From Eledone cirrhosa (Eukaryota): a stretch of 64,000 nucleotides of DNA. Location of the stretch: positions 376,216,001 to 376,280,000 of the forward strand of contig OZ024740.1 of NCBI GenBank assembly GCA_964016885.1. Reading direction: 5' to 3'. Position 1 is the stretch's first letter, and every line of letters starts with the position of its first letter. Of the stretch, positions 38,501-52,123 are shown one piece after another. A model generated the notes under the pieces. It was not told the origin of the DNA. It made no database searches and was given only the letters and a program-made list of their open reading frames with translations. Made by a program: the position numbers and the translations under genes.

Positions 38501-39120
38501 GTGGCTCACATTGTATCCGAGTGTAAACACCTAGCCCAGTTTCACTATAAAGGCTGGAGACATGATATGAGGGGCAGGCTGATCCACTGGCACCTATGCA
38601 AAGTAAACAATTTACCACATTCTGAGAAGTGGTATGAGCATAAGCCAGAGTCGGTGAAAGAAAACGATCAGGTGAAGGTGCTGTGGGATTTTAGGATACA
38701 GACGGACAAGAAACTGGAACACAATAGACCTGACCTGGTGGTTTTGGACAAGGAAAAAAGATCGTGCCTGATAGTGGATGTGGCCTGCCCATTCGACACG
38801 AGAGTGCAAGAGAAGGAGAGGGAGAAAATTAACCGATACCAGGACTTAAAGTGGGAGGTAAAAAGGATTTGGAACTGCCATGAAGTCAAAGTGGTCCCGA
38901 TTGTCATAGGCGCACTAGGTACTATCTCAAAAGGTTTCCAGGGATGGTTAAAGAAAATTAGCCCCGCCGCGCTGTTTGCAACACTTCAAAAGGCATGCTT
39001 GCTGGGAACAGCAAGAACCCTTCGATACGTCCTGAATATCTGAGGCTGCAGGCAGTGGCTTGATATTCATTTCAACAAACTTTCCAGTTAACTAACATCA
39101 ATGACTGAGACTCAAAGAAC
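35520..39120 (+). mobile_element. R4/Dong-clade element 2 (different subfamily), multiply frameshifted; 5' boundary uncertain
   Basis: WKAPGPDGVQGYW, YRPITCL, FMDD, CRIC..ETVAHIVSEC, RHD, NRPDLVV..D; ends in (AAT)n at 39124-39205. Confidence 0.9.
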
Positions 39121-39123
39121 AAC

Positions 39124-39193
<70 letters not shown>

Positions 39194-39207
39194 GTAATAA
39201 TGATGAT

Positions 39208-39593
39208 CCCGTGGTTTTGGACAAGGAAGAAAGATCGTGCCTGATTGTGGATGTGGCCTGCCCATTTTACACGAGAAGGTAAGAAAAGGAGATGGAGAAA
39301 ATTAGCGGATACCAGGACTTAAAGTGGGATTAAAAATGATTTGGAACTGCCATGAAATCAAAGTCGTCCCGATCGTCATAGACGCACTAGGTACTATCTC
39401 AAAGAGTTTCCAAGGATGGTTAAAGAAGATTAGTCCAGCCCCGCGTTTTTGGAACACTTGAAAAGGCATGCTTGATGGGAACAGCAAGAACCCTCCGATA
39501 GGTCCTGGTTATCTGAGGCTGAAGGTAGTGGCTTGATATTCATTTCAACAAACTTTCCAGTTAAATATCATCAATGACTGAGACTCAATGAAC
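39208..39593 (+). mobile_element. 5'-truncated copy of Dong 2
   Basis: Repeats 38738-39120 with substitutions; followed by an AAT tract at 39594-39613. Confidence 0.9.
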
Positions 39594-39881
39594 AATAATA
39601 ATGATAATAATAAGGACGATCTGTTATGTCTTCATTACATTTATTGAGTAGTGACACGCGTTTCACTATTGGTCAGCTGACGGTTCAATCTGTAACGATC
39701 TAGCTCGACTCTGGAATCAAAGGTTTGTCGGTCCTCTCCTGTAATGACAGAATGAACCTCTTAGGGCGTAGATAAAATCTCTCTAGTGAACCTACAGTAA
39801 CTTGACGGTACAATCCCTATTTTTGCGTTTCACTTCGCTTTTCCTGCCCGCCGAAAATGCGATTCTCGCTGAATCTTTATT

Positions 39882-39883
<2 letters not shown>

Positions 39884-39957
<74 letters not shown>

Positions 39958-40278
39958 TATATATGCACGTATGTATGAATGATGTATATATGTATCTATG
40001 TATGTATATATGAAAGAATGTGTGCGTATTTCATATACGCGACCCTAGACAATATTTATATATATGGATATGTTTACATGGATATCATATATTGTATAAT
40101 ATAAGCGAGTTCCTGATTTACAAATACATTCCTTAACAACCTTAAACTATTTTAGTTAACGTTTTCTCCTTTTTATAATTGTTATTGTTGCTGTTGTTGC
40201 TGTTGTCGTTCTTCTTCTTCTTCTTCTTCTTCTTCTTCTTCTTCTTCTTCTTCTTCTTCTTCTTCTTCTTCTTCTTCT
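39884..40278. repeat. (TA)n and (TTC)n microsatellites
   Basis: Direct reading. Confidence 0.9.
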
Positions 40279-43129
40279 AGTGTCCTTTTTATAGTTAAAA
40301 TATAAAACTAAATACACCATGCAGACCGATGGTGCATTAGAATAATATGTGGTTAATTAAATGTTTATTTCATTGAAACATTTTTGTTACACGACTTCTG
40401 AGCTCGCTATGTTATGTTTGGCTTTAGTTTAACCTTGTTATCTTATTCAATTTTTTTAATGATTTTATGTTGTAATGTTTAATATAATTTTATTACCAAT
40501 TTTGAAAACCATAACTTGCTAATTCAACAATAGCATATTGATTATTTTCCCTGATATTAGCAAGTCAAATCTCAAATACATTTTTGAATAGTTATACCGT
40601 TGCAGGACAGCAATTATCTTAATTAAAATTTCTGAACACAACTAGTGTAACGCAAAGATAAATTGTTGCTTTCAAATGAAAAATGAAAATCAGTATGGTA
40701 GAATTCACTTCTTTCAAAAATTGCGAATCAGTGCGTTGGCAATGAACGTACATTTTATACTTGAAACTAACGATTTCCCTTAGCGCTGCTAACATGGTAA
40801 TTCATTTTTAATAGTACATTTTCCAACCAACTTTTCTAAAGAAGAATTAATTGTATTATCGTGTACTAATGGTTATTTTTCAATGTAGTAATTTATACGT
40901 TTTAAGAGACATATCGCTATACATGCGTAAGGGTTTTAATCCAACGCCCGGTTTAACACCGCCATTTAACCGTGGAGTGGCTTTAACGCACTCCAAAATC
41001 TTGAAAGCATAGCGTAAGGGTCTGTATTCTGATGATAATTCCCCATTCCCTTCTACACCGCCAGTCACGTAGAATGAGTAGCGCTGCACTTTCTTTAACT
41101 GAGCTTTTATATCGAGAATCTATAATATATGCACAAATATTATGGGTATTTATTCCTGACTTAGATGTAACGAAGAATTTGCTTGTGTTGTTCTAATTAC
41201 TTATGTGAGACAAAGAGACACGTTATAAAACAACCATTCATATTCTCGCTAGAATTAATAAACGTGGGTTGAGTCTCGTTTAAATATTTGATATCTGTTC
41301 CATCAAGAAGGACCTTGCCAGAACAACTACTGAATTTCATTTCTTAGTAAGTTTTAAATTGTTTGTCTCAGAGGTAGATTAACTGTCAGTTCAAGCAATC
41401 GTTTTATATGTGTATTTAGCCAATATGCAACGTATATGATGTAAGGTATTTGATTGATGATTCGAATAAAATAATATGCGTAAAACTTTAACTAACAAAC
41501 TGAAAATGTTGTTTTGTCTAGACAGCAACTTATATGTATATATTTGTCTGAACATTAAAATGGGATCAGATGTACAGTTGGTTATTTCGATTAATCTACA
41601 GTACCGACACTTTTTTACTACTGGTATAATACGTGGAGTTCAAAATACTGAAAAAATCTCTCCGCTTTCGTGTAAGACAAATCCTTAATCAGGGAGAACA
41701 CGTACTGTGTCTCGTTGCCGAACTCCAGCCTAATCATTTCGATCGCAAACACTGACACCACAACCCGCAATGCAGGAAAGAGAAAGATAACCAAATGCCG
41801 GGGCTTTAGTGACCTTTCCGTTTCAGACCGGGCACCCTCAAGAGCTCAGGTTTCATCGGTATTCGAGTTGCTATTACATCTGTGAAATCAAAAAGATAGG
41901 AGCCTGCATTAGAAAGAAGCCTAATGAGATGGGGGTGACGGCAACTGGGCATTCCCCATGGCAATGAGGCAATGCCTGCTCTATTTTAACCTCGAGGTGC
42001 AGCTGAAACATACTCCTCAGACTGGGGTGTAGGATCTCTCGCATCCTTCCAATTTTCATTACTTTCTCTGCTTCATTTCATTTACTATTTTCTTTTCCTT
42101 TTTATTTCGTTCCCTTAGTGCCATTTGTATTGTACACTATTTATCACATTTAATCCTGTACTAAAAATGCCGATCATTTACGTAATAATATCCGAGAATG
42201 TATATCTTTTTAAACTTCACACAGCTGTTTTTTGCTACACTTTAAAATAACTTGCTTACTTATTTATAAAACTAGATATATTCGGTCGTGAGACAAAATA
42301 TCAACATATCTAATCTATTTCTTTTTTACATGCTCTGCACAATATAGTTATACGTTTTAGTGTTTGATCCACTAATGTAGAGCTTAGATGCAATTGTGAG
42401 CTTTCTTTTCGAATTGTGAGGTGAAAATTGTCAGGATTAACGTGCTTCGAGCGATGTTCGGTACAATCCTCCTTGTATAAATGGACATTGCAAAATTACG
42501 AGCAGCATGATCTGTCAGGATAAGTTGACAGGAAGCTAGCTAATAATGCTTTCGGGTAAAGTTCGAGAACGTCTACATCGCTTTAGGATGCTATTTAAAC
42601 ATTGACATAATGCCATGGACCACATTAGGGTATTTATTCCTCATCTCTTTTGCTTAAGGCAATATTCTGATAAGAAGAAACGCCTATTTGCTATAAATAG
42701 GCACATAATTGACGTGGGAAATAGCCATCTTTGAATATGTGCAATCCTGTGTATTGATTGTGATTGCTGCCTACATATCTGACCACGGAGTAAGGGTAAT
42801 CTTCTAATGTGACACGTAGCTTTTCACCGTTCATGTCTGATAATAATGCTGGAAGATATGCTACAAAAGATATGACTGAAATTATAAGAGAAATGTTTCT
42901 CCTATCTGGATAAGCCCTCCTCGATATTTTCAAGTGTGACCTGAATAAAAGTTAATATGTTCTATATGTCCTTAGTACTTTTCATCACATATATTCATAG
43001 CTGTTTTCGCGAGATTGAAAAGACAGATCTATCTTTATAATGTTCACTAATAAAAGTGGCAATTATCAGGATGAGTATTACTATTCACTGTTACATACAA
43101 GACCTGTCTACAAGAGCCATGGAATACTT

Positions 43130-44870
43130 CTAGGCCAATTGATAAGAGACTAGAAATAATCCAAATCATGTGACTTGCGGGATTTTGACGCTGATCGAAA
43201 AGAGGCGAAGAAGGGGGCAAAATTAAAATTTTGAATGCCTTATGACAGAGCTACATACTTTGTCATAGGCATTCTACTACAGAGTCGCTCATGGCGTGGA
43301 TAGTAAGAAAACCCCAAACCCTCCACATGTGATACATTGTTGAGTGAGTTGCCACCTGATCTTGCTTCAATTCAAATGGGTCTAAACTGCATGGATGTGG
43401 GGAACATTGATACCTAACTGCTGTCTTAAGAACATTTGGTTTCGGCCACTACAATGCACAGCGGCTTCTGCTCGGTGATAAAGATTAACGGCCAGGATTT
43501 ATCACTGACAGCTCGAACCGAATCTTTTGAACATCTTGTCTTTAATTATTCTGTTGCAGATATTGAGTGTTGAATAGCATTCTGCAAGAATTGAGACAGA
43601 CGAGAGCCATATCTACATTTACGGATGGTGTTACCGTCATAGTGTTGGGAATATGGGAAGACTAGGTGATTGGTATTTGTTGTGAGAAATCCCCAGGCGT
43701 AACTGGAACATGCATTAACAACGAAAGGTTACTGGTACTGTAATTCAGCCACTAGAGGTAGTGGTCTATGAAGGACGGTGGTTTATGTCACTTGGCGGAT
43801 GGTAGAGTTAAATTGCTCCAGGTTTGGTTCGGACAAGAGATGCAGGTGGACAAAACCATAGAAGCGGTCCCCTTTAGACTGGAAAATCTTTAAAATGGTT
43901 GGTTTGAAAGCAGATTAGAGAATTATCTAAGGTGTACATTGCTTTTTCCGGGTCACCTAACCAGATTGGAGAGTAGGCTCCTTCAACGTCTGTGGATCCT
44001 ATTGATACCACAGCACAGAAGATTTAGAAACTTCCAATGCCCAATACAGCGGCTTCTGGTATTGGGGTCGTTGATGATATGCAGGTACTCGGTAAGGCAG
44101 ACACATCTGCAAAAGAGCCCTGGACAACGTGGACGGTAAATAGGTGTGAGTATTATTCCAGCGGAATGAGTTCCCGCTTCTTACCTTCATGTTTCATGTT
44201 TCATCTGCAATGTTTCATCTGCAATCCTAGGTCAAGCACATATTGATGTTGGACTCCTGGCGTCAGGAATGTAACCAGGCACTCAGTGAATTCTAATAGA
44301 CTGGTTATGTACACAGGGAAAGTGAACTCTCACATATTATAGTGGACGATAAGAGCGATGAAAGATTTTGAACGATTCTGGGCATCAACGTCGAATCACG
44401 TCTCATCAGAGGGATTTTCAAGTAAGCTATTAAGGATGATTTTTAAACTTCCTTTTCTAGATGTGCCACAGAGTTACGTTACCTCTTTGGGTTTACCTGT
44501 TCAATGTTGATGTGCTGAAGATGTCAGAACGAAACCTGTCACAATGCTCGGAGCGTGCCGAAACTTTCCGATATGCACGTGTTTAGTAACCAGGCTTTGC
44601 AAATACATGGGTATATGACGAGCAATTGTGATCACCTGCGGGATGTATCCCACCCAAAGCAGAGTCTATCTAAAATATCAAACCATGGCCTTTCCTTGGG
44701 AAAGAATTGAAAATAGTCTGGGGATTATGATGAAGCTCGCGATGACGTTGGTGAAAAGTTTGCGGATAAAATGTTCCTCTCCGGTCAAGCGCTCAGGATC
44801 TTCATTAAATACAACTTCCAAGGGTAGAAAAGGATATACTGCTCTCCAGTATTCATTATTCAATCGTTCT
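43130..44870 (+). mobile_element. Ancient, heavily decayed Tx1-family ORF2 remnant
   Basis: Patches match the younger copies, e.g. GGATGGTAGAGTTAAATTGCTCCAGGTTTGGTTCGGACAAGAGATGCAGGTGGACAAAA (about DG.VKLL.VWFG..MQVDK). Confidence 0.65.
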
Positions 44871-45045
44871 GTCTCTTTACTTCTTTGTGTAACAGAATTA
44901 TACACATATACTATATATGAATCTATTGAGAGGGGTTGAGATGATGAAAGGTGGAAAAATCTATATAAGTTCTCAGTTGTCTCCATGTGGTGCATTTCTC
45001 AATTTAAAGTGCTGACACAATTTGTATTTATTTATTTCTACTTAG

Positions 45046-45209
45046 GTAATCTATATTTCCATGGTCCTCATCCAGAATTCCTTGTTTGTGAATCTTTAAC
45101 AGTTAGTGAAGTTATACAAGTGGATTCATACTCATTTCTGGCACTTTGCGAATTTTTCTGTTTAACAAAAGAAGGAAAAGACACTATCAATACTGCATTT
45201 TGGAAATAA
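45046..45209 (+). other. Candidate terminal coding exon of a host gene
   Basis: Branch-like GCTGAC at 45011, pyrimidine tract, AG at 45044-45045, then an open frame GNLYFHGPHPEFLVCESLTVSEVIQVDSYSFLALCEFF...AFWK*. Confidence 0.3.
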
Positions 45210-45789
45210 CTTGATTGTGATTAGTTCCTCGGTGTCAATGTCATCCACATGAATGAGACGAAAACTTATTGTAGTCAGCCAATTAAATATAGCCAGAAGA
45301 TCAGTGTATTTTTTAAAAAGCTGTATTTTATTACTTTTCTTCTAAAACTTTCATTATACAAAGCCTCGTAACCACGTGGCTTAAAATTCACAGCTGGTCT
45401 AAAATTGTACGTTTATTAAAGATATGCTTCACACTACATTTCACATTATACAAACATATTATGGAATATATTTGTATTTGATTATTATACCGCGTTGCCA
45501 GAGTACGTATTGTAATCCATATTAGATGATCTTCTGCCGGACAGAAAAGGTGTACTTTTTCCCTGAAATCTTTCAAGAATACTAGAATATACGCCAATTC
45601 GTTCGGCTCTTCCTGCTCAAAGATTAAAATTAAATCCTTATTGAGTGAATACAGAGTTGATTGTCTAAAGAATGGTTGTCAAAAGTGCATTAAAATAACA
45701 TATAGGTATATGCAATTATGACTGTTAATTCCTTTAACATAAATACAAACAAATCGAAAATAACAAAATAGCAAACATAAGTTATTAAC

Positions 45790-47462
45790 TTGGCCCGCCA
45801 GATACATACCATACTACACAAGACATGTTTAAAAACATACACGATCCATGAAGCAATAAGGTGGTTTAATAACATTACTGATAAGAAAAAATCAAAATTT
45901 ATTCAGTTTGATATTGATGAATATTATTCCTCAATTTCACCTGATACTCTACATGAAGCTCTTTCGTTCGCTAAGGATAATTCCGAACTTACGGATGCTG
46001 AAATTAAAATTATTATGGAAGCGAGGAAAACTATAGTTAAATTCGATGATAGCTACTGGGTTCGCAAAGATAGACCTTCTAATTTTGATATCACTATGGG
46101 TTCTAATGATTCGGCGGAAGTAACAGATCTTTTGGGAATTTATATCACCCACAGATTACAAGGAAAATTCAAGGATCTCCACGGTGGAATCTACCGTGAC
46201 GATGCGCTCCTATTAGTTAAGCATATGAATAACCAGAATTTAGAAAGGATGCGTAAAAATATCAGAAAGCTTTTTAAGGAACTAGGATTAAATATTACAT
46301 TTGAATATAACCTCAAAGAGGTCAATTTCCTTGATGTTACTTTGAATCTCAATACAGATACGATTAAACCGTTCCATAAACTAAATGAGAACCTTAAATA
46401 TGTAAATACGAGTTCTAACCATCCACTCTCTATAATTAAATCCATCCCTAGAAATGTTTCTCTTAGAATCTCCCGCCTGTTGTCCAACCTACAAACCTTC
46501 AAAGAACATGCCGAATATTATGATGATGCACTTAGGAAAGCCGGTCACCTAGATAATATAGAGTATATAGTCGAAGATCACCAAAACACCCAAAATAAAT
46601 CCCATAGGAGTAGAAATAGCACAGAATCACCACCATACATACACTACCGCAATAGACACAATAATAGTCGCACACCGCCAAACAGAAGGCGATGTAAGGA
46701 GTATATTTGGTATAACCCGGTCTATAACAAATCTATTAAAACCAATCTACCCTCAAAATTCTTTCGATTAGTTAAAAAACACTTTCCAACATCACATAAA
46801 TATAATAAAATCTTAAACCCTAACACTATTCGACTTTCATATTTAACCGCCCCAAATATTGAACAACATATAAAAAAGCTTAACGCAAAACGGTTGTATA
46901 AACGCCTTCCAACACATAACAATACACGTAAAACATTAGCTATAACATCACAAAACAACAAACAACATCCTGTCCTACATAAGCAACCTCATCAACCCAT
47001 CCATGACAATACAACAACGCAAAATTATAATTGCAACTGTGTCCAACCAGGAATGTGTCCGTTGAACAATCAGTGTCTTGAACGCAACATCGTATACAAA
47101 TGTACTATCGAATCGGATAGACAGAAGTGGTACTATGTGGGATCTACAGCCACCTCTTTCAAATCACGCCTTTATAGACATCGTTACTCGATAAAACATG
47201 AAAACCAGCGTTATGTAACAACACTCGCAGACAAGGCTTGGCAGCTGTGTGAAAATAACCAACAATTTCACCTAAAATTGGATATAATAGCGGCTGCCCC
47301 CCCATATCCCATGGACAGGAATTTTGTAAATTATGTAATGTAGAATTATTTTGTATTATGAAATCCAAAAACATGTTATTAAATAACAGAATAGAGCGAT
47401 CGTTATACTGTAACCATCGCTTAAAATCTACATTTTCATATTATAAATACTACCAGGATTGA
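45790..47462 (+). pseudogene. Naiad-type PLE: RT plus GIY-YIG, 5'-truncated, frameshift near 47305
   Basis: FIQFDIDEYYSSI, FDITMGSNDSAEV, GIYRDDAL, IWYNPVYNKSIKTN, CNC..CPLNNQC..NIVYKC..YYVGST. Confidence 0.9.
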
Positions 47463-47930
47463 ACGCCTGTCTCTATCTCCGTTTGATTGTCAAAATAGAT
47501 ATTAACATTCTTTATTAGTCTTAATTCTATCAACTCTTCTATTATTTACCTTTTAATATAAACTGCTATAGATAAAATGAGATTTCTGATTTCTTGATTC
47601 AATTCCCTAATGCATATACCAGCTGGCTACTATCATTGATGTTATTCAGTAGCAATCGAAATCTCCCCCTTCCCCAATTGACACTTTATAATTAATACTA
47701 CTGCACCAAATGACCAGCCCTGTCCACTGTCCAATTGGTCAAGTAGAGATTAAAATTGGCACTCCCAAAATTCTTATTTAGATTTACTCATGGTATTCTC
47801 ATTAGAAACCCATTATATACTTGTTTAGCAGTAAATTAATTTACCATCTGTCATATACTATCCCCTCTTTTTCTTCCTCTATTACTAATATAAATACTTC
47901 AATTTTACTGATTTTATCCAATTTATCCAA

Positions 47931-48050
47931 AATCTCTGAAGAAGTCACAACTGATTATACATTTGCTATCGAATACTTGCTAACATTATATGATTACGCA
48001 AGCAGCGATACATAGGTATTCCGTCTGTTACAGAAACATATGTCAATACC
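47931..48050 (+). ncRNA. Decayed hammerhead in the Naiad pLTR
   Basis: CTGAAGA..GTCACA/TGTTAC..GAAA-CATATG-TC followed by AATAAA; stem I no longer pairs. Confidence 0.5.
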
Positions 48051-48209
48051 TAATAAATTCCTTTTTAAAAAAAGCACTTTCATTTTATATTCATCCTTTC
48101 TACATTTTCTCCGGAATATAATTTATACTCGTTGAGCTAACCTGCACGTACGCTGTTCATCTCTAACGTAACGATATATTATCACTACATTATTGATAAC
48201 CTGAAATTT

Positions 48210-48312
<103 letters not shown>

Positions 48313-48333
48313 AAAGCCTCCATCTCAATTCTA

Positions 48334-48370
48334 CCTTTGAAAAGCACAAGAACTGCGAAACCGGTAAAGG
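48334..48370 (+). ncRNA. Minimal hammerhead with U3-A8 core
   Basis: CCT-TTGAAAA-GCA CAAGAAC TGC-GAAA-CCGG-TA-AAGG followed by AATAAA. Confidence 0.65.
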
Positions 48371-48459
48371 AATAAAATAAATATATTTTTAAAAAAAGAC
48401 TCCAGTTGCATTTTCGATTACATCTTTTTTCCTTATATATATATGTATATATATATAAT

Positions 48460-48504
<45 letters not shown>

Positions 48505-49849
48505 GATTATATATATGCGTATATATATATATATGCGTATATATATATGTGTATGTATATGTAAGTGTGAGTGTTTCTGTGCATGCGCGTACGTATGTAT
48601 GGATGAGTTGATCAGCTGAACATTAGAGGAAAGAATAGATAAAAAATTTAGAGTAGCTATCGAAATAATGTTCTCTTTCATTAATCGGAATTGACGCGTG
48701 TTCAATCAAGTCGCACTGACGACAACGCACTGCTATGCATGATCTGTGTATGGAAACAATGCAAATTAATAGTTGCATTTGGAAGTTTGCATTAATCCAT
48801 GCGGTGTATCGGCTTATACAATCGATGCTTTCTACAGTTCCTTCTGTTCTATCATGAACAACAGAACTTCAGTCAAATTTATACCTCTTGGATCAAGAAA
48901 TGCAATTAAAGTATCGTGTGAAAAGAATAGAAACTATGGTTTATTTCGAAACAAAGGAGAACACGAAAGAATAATTGTCGAAAATATGTGAAAATGCTTT
49001 CTTGAAATGCCATCCTTTTAGAAGCTGTACTGTTCATGAAATAACTTTCACAGTTAGTGTCCCATAGTTCACTTTCTCTACGTAATTATAAACTGAATGT
49101 TAGGAGCATTCAGACTAAAGTGTTATTATGTAACTTATCATTGTTTTACTTTTCATGTAACACTTATACCACCTTCCCGGATATCCTCTCATAACCACTA
49201 ATTAATTTATTGTTCAGTTTTATCAACCTTACCTACCGACATTCTTGTAGATGTTATAACTATCCTAGTTAACTCTTTCCACATATTAGAAAACCATATT
49301 CTCATATGACACTCGGGAATAATCTTTCACTAACTTGCAATCTTACTAACCGTATCGTAAAATTCAGAAAGCATCATTATTAACAGAATATAAAATATAA
49401 ACCTTAGGTAGAAGAGTAGTTAGGAACTGTGAGCTAATCTTGTTACATTTTATGAATTCGCGCTCATTATGCTTAAAGTTCAAAATTCATTTAAGTCTCA
49501 AAAATAATATAGTCGAATTGATTCAAATGATTGGGAACACTTTAGATGTAATATATTCAAAGTTTGATTTGAAATGAGTTAAGCGCGTATCTTCATTTTT
49601 TTAATGGTGCAATTAAACTTTTGTCTCGACTGGAAGTAATTTTCCCACGCATATTGTATCTAATAGTACATTATAAAATGTATAATTTTCCTAACACAGT
49701 TTGGTGTGAGTTGATGAGGATTGGATATTACTTCTAATTCAAGTGACAGCTGTTAATATAAGTACGCCAAAATCTTACAATGGCTTCAGAGAGCGGAGAT
49801 CGCAGTTATATTCTTTTGTTAACAGCCACTGGATTTTAGGCCGTCGAGC

Positions 49850-50525
49850 GATGGGTACAGAGCAAAAAAACAACCTGAATTTTCTGTTCCAGCTGCGGAA
49901 AACTCTGTCAGAACCATTCGGAATACGGCAGTAAGTGTATGGAGACGAGACGGTGTCCCGCTCACGAATTTTGATACAAAAAGTTCAGAGAGAAGCGAGG
50001 ACTTGGAAGACGAACCCAGAGGGAGGCCTTCAAGGAGAAAGACTGTAGACAACATCGAGCGTGTGCGGCAAGTGTTGTGTGGCGATCTTCGGCTGACTGT
50101 TTGACTGAACGCAAGTGATCTGGTCATGAACGGTGACAGCGTTTAGAAGATTATCACCAAAGATTTGGGCATGCGAACAATCGTCGGCTCAAAACGCCCT
50201 GTGCATCCCGCAGTTCTTGGCCGGGAGGAACATTGCCTTACTGGAACAAACTCCTTGTGAGTATTTTTCTTTTCCCCAACCTTAACGGGGTCCTCAATGG
50301 GACACGTTTTGAAGGCATGGAGGCCATCAAGAGGGCCATATCGAAGGAGCTGACGGGCATCCCAGAAGAATTCTTCCAGCAGTGCATAAAAACCGTGCCA
50401 AAGAAGGATGGCATTAAACTCGGAGGTGATTACTCTGAAGGGGAAACCAAAATGTAGTTTGTTGTTTTGAATTGAAATAAATTGTTTGTGATATCAGTCC
50501 CGTTATTTTTCAGACAGACTTAGTA
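49850..50525 (+). mobile_element. Mariner transposase remnant
   Basis: Frameshifted N-terminal HTH: EQKNNLNFLFQLRKTLSE, VYGDETVSRSRIF, EDLEDEPRGRPS, NIERVRQVLCGDLRLTV; C-terminal FLFPNLNGVLNGTRFEGMEAIK...GGDYSEG. Confidence 0.8.
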
Positions 50526-52123
50526 TATGTGTGTGTGTGAATTACTGTGGTTATATGAGTATGTGAATTAGTGTGTGTATGTGTTTATGTCTGCGATTTG
50601 TTCTTCTCTCCACAAAAACCTGATCGATGAAATAAGTATGAGATTTCTCTAATTAAGTACTGATGTAGTTATAATCGTGTGCATGCAGTCCATGCTATGG
50701 CACAGTCTGACATAACTACCATGACTGAAACCTTTAAAAGAATAACATATCTATACTAAGACCTAGACTATGGAATTTTCTGTCGCAATTTAGCATGAAA
50801 ATAGCAAATTTACTTTTATGAATCATCATTTATCTCTAGTAAGTAAAAGTTGCGACTAGGCTACAGGCTGTTATATATATATATATATATACACATATAT
50901 GTGAGCTTAAATCTATGTTCGGAACATATTAAGTAAGAAGCATTTCGTATTATGGTTGTTAAATAAGGCTATCACACCAAATAAATTATTGTCCTTGGCT
51001 GCCGAAATGCAATACACAATAGTGTATACACAATAGTGATACTATGAAATTTTTTAAATGTTAAGTTGCCAAAATAGAAAGTGTTACTCTACCTTTTATT
51101 GAATATAGAGATTTCAATGTTCAATTCTGACCGAAGCCGATTTTGACTGTTATATAGATACATTAAATTATAGAAATCGTTCATTAACATTCATTGCGAA
51201 CATGAATTCAGCGCTTGATAATATATGGAACATTTCAGTAGATTATTACAACTGTCTCTAAAATATGTGGCCCGTGTCTAAAATTGCATAAATGTTATAT
51301 GGTTAGATCATCCGGTGAAAATCAAGCATAAATTGCATGAAACCTCCCATAAATCTGATGACGTCGAAGATACGGCAAGACATCTCTGTCTTTAATGGTA
51401 AGAAATATGACAAACTTTTCAGCCAACCCCATATTTAAGGATTATATTTTTGTTTCATTCGCTGTGAATACAGGATGATACTAATTTAATGAGCTTTAAT
51501 AATCAAAATTTGGTATCAACGTATGAATTGAACCTATGTAAATTAATTTGATTGAATATAATTTCAGCATTGCATAACGGGTGTGTATGTTACAATTGTT
51601 ATCCTGACGTTAGGCAGGTATATATTTGTGTTAAAGTGACATCTAATATGTCAAATGTGAGTGTACTCTATATGGCTTATTGGTGTTGCTTTCTAGTTAT
51701 TATCTGTTCAGTAATGTTTCTCGTGTGTGTTGTCATAGAATGCTAAATTCATGTGTCATATGTTATAAATATAATTATACTAATTTATGCTGCTACTTGT
51801 TCTAGTCATTGATTCTAGCAATACTGGCCCAAAACGAATGACTTGCCGTAATGGCATTATCTAAATGAGAAACTTTGTTACCCTGCCACAATATATTGTA
51901 CAGCAATCTAGGTTCCCATAAGTTGAGTATAATATTTAGTTTACATATGTTGTTAAGTAAATCATGAAAACAACTTGAGCTTCCTGGCAGAATATTGAGA
52001 ATGGCCTATCCATTGAAGAATTGTTGCACTGTCTATTACTAAATATAAACTTGGGGGGGGGGGGGGTGCATGTTTGTGTGTACTCTTGAGAAGGAGTGTC
52101 CAATAGCCTGAGTCCGGCCTCGA

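Noticed and set aside
40880-41110. GC-richer island with a short minus-strand ORF and a repeated GCGTAAGGGT
   Set aside because: Could not assign it to an exon, transposase or RNA gene with any support.
44512-44545. CTGAAGA..GAAACCTGTC motif
   Set aside because: It lies in decayed Tx1 zinc-finger coding sequence and has no stem II; a chance match.
45790-47462. Selenoprotein-type Naiad (in-frame UGA plus SECIS)
   Set aside because: The visible frame has no in-frame TGA and the zinc-finger Cys codons are TGT/TGC; the 5' part is missing, so it is not fully excluded.
48712-48765. CTGACGA...GAAACAATG hammerhead-like string
   Set aside because: Stem I does not pair and there is no valid cleavage triplet.
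51347-51398. Hammerhead-like CTGATGA-C-GTCG AAGATA CGGC-AAGA-CATCTCTG-TC
   Set aside because: GAAA and the palindrome are broken; at best a decayed copy.
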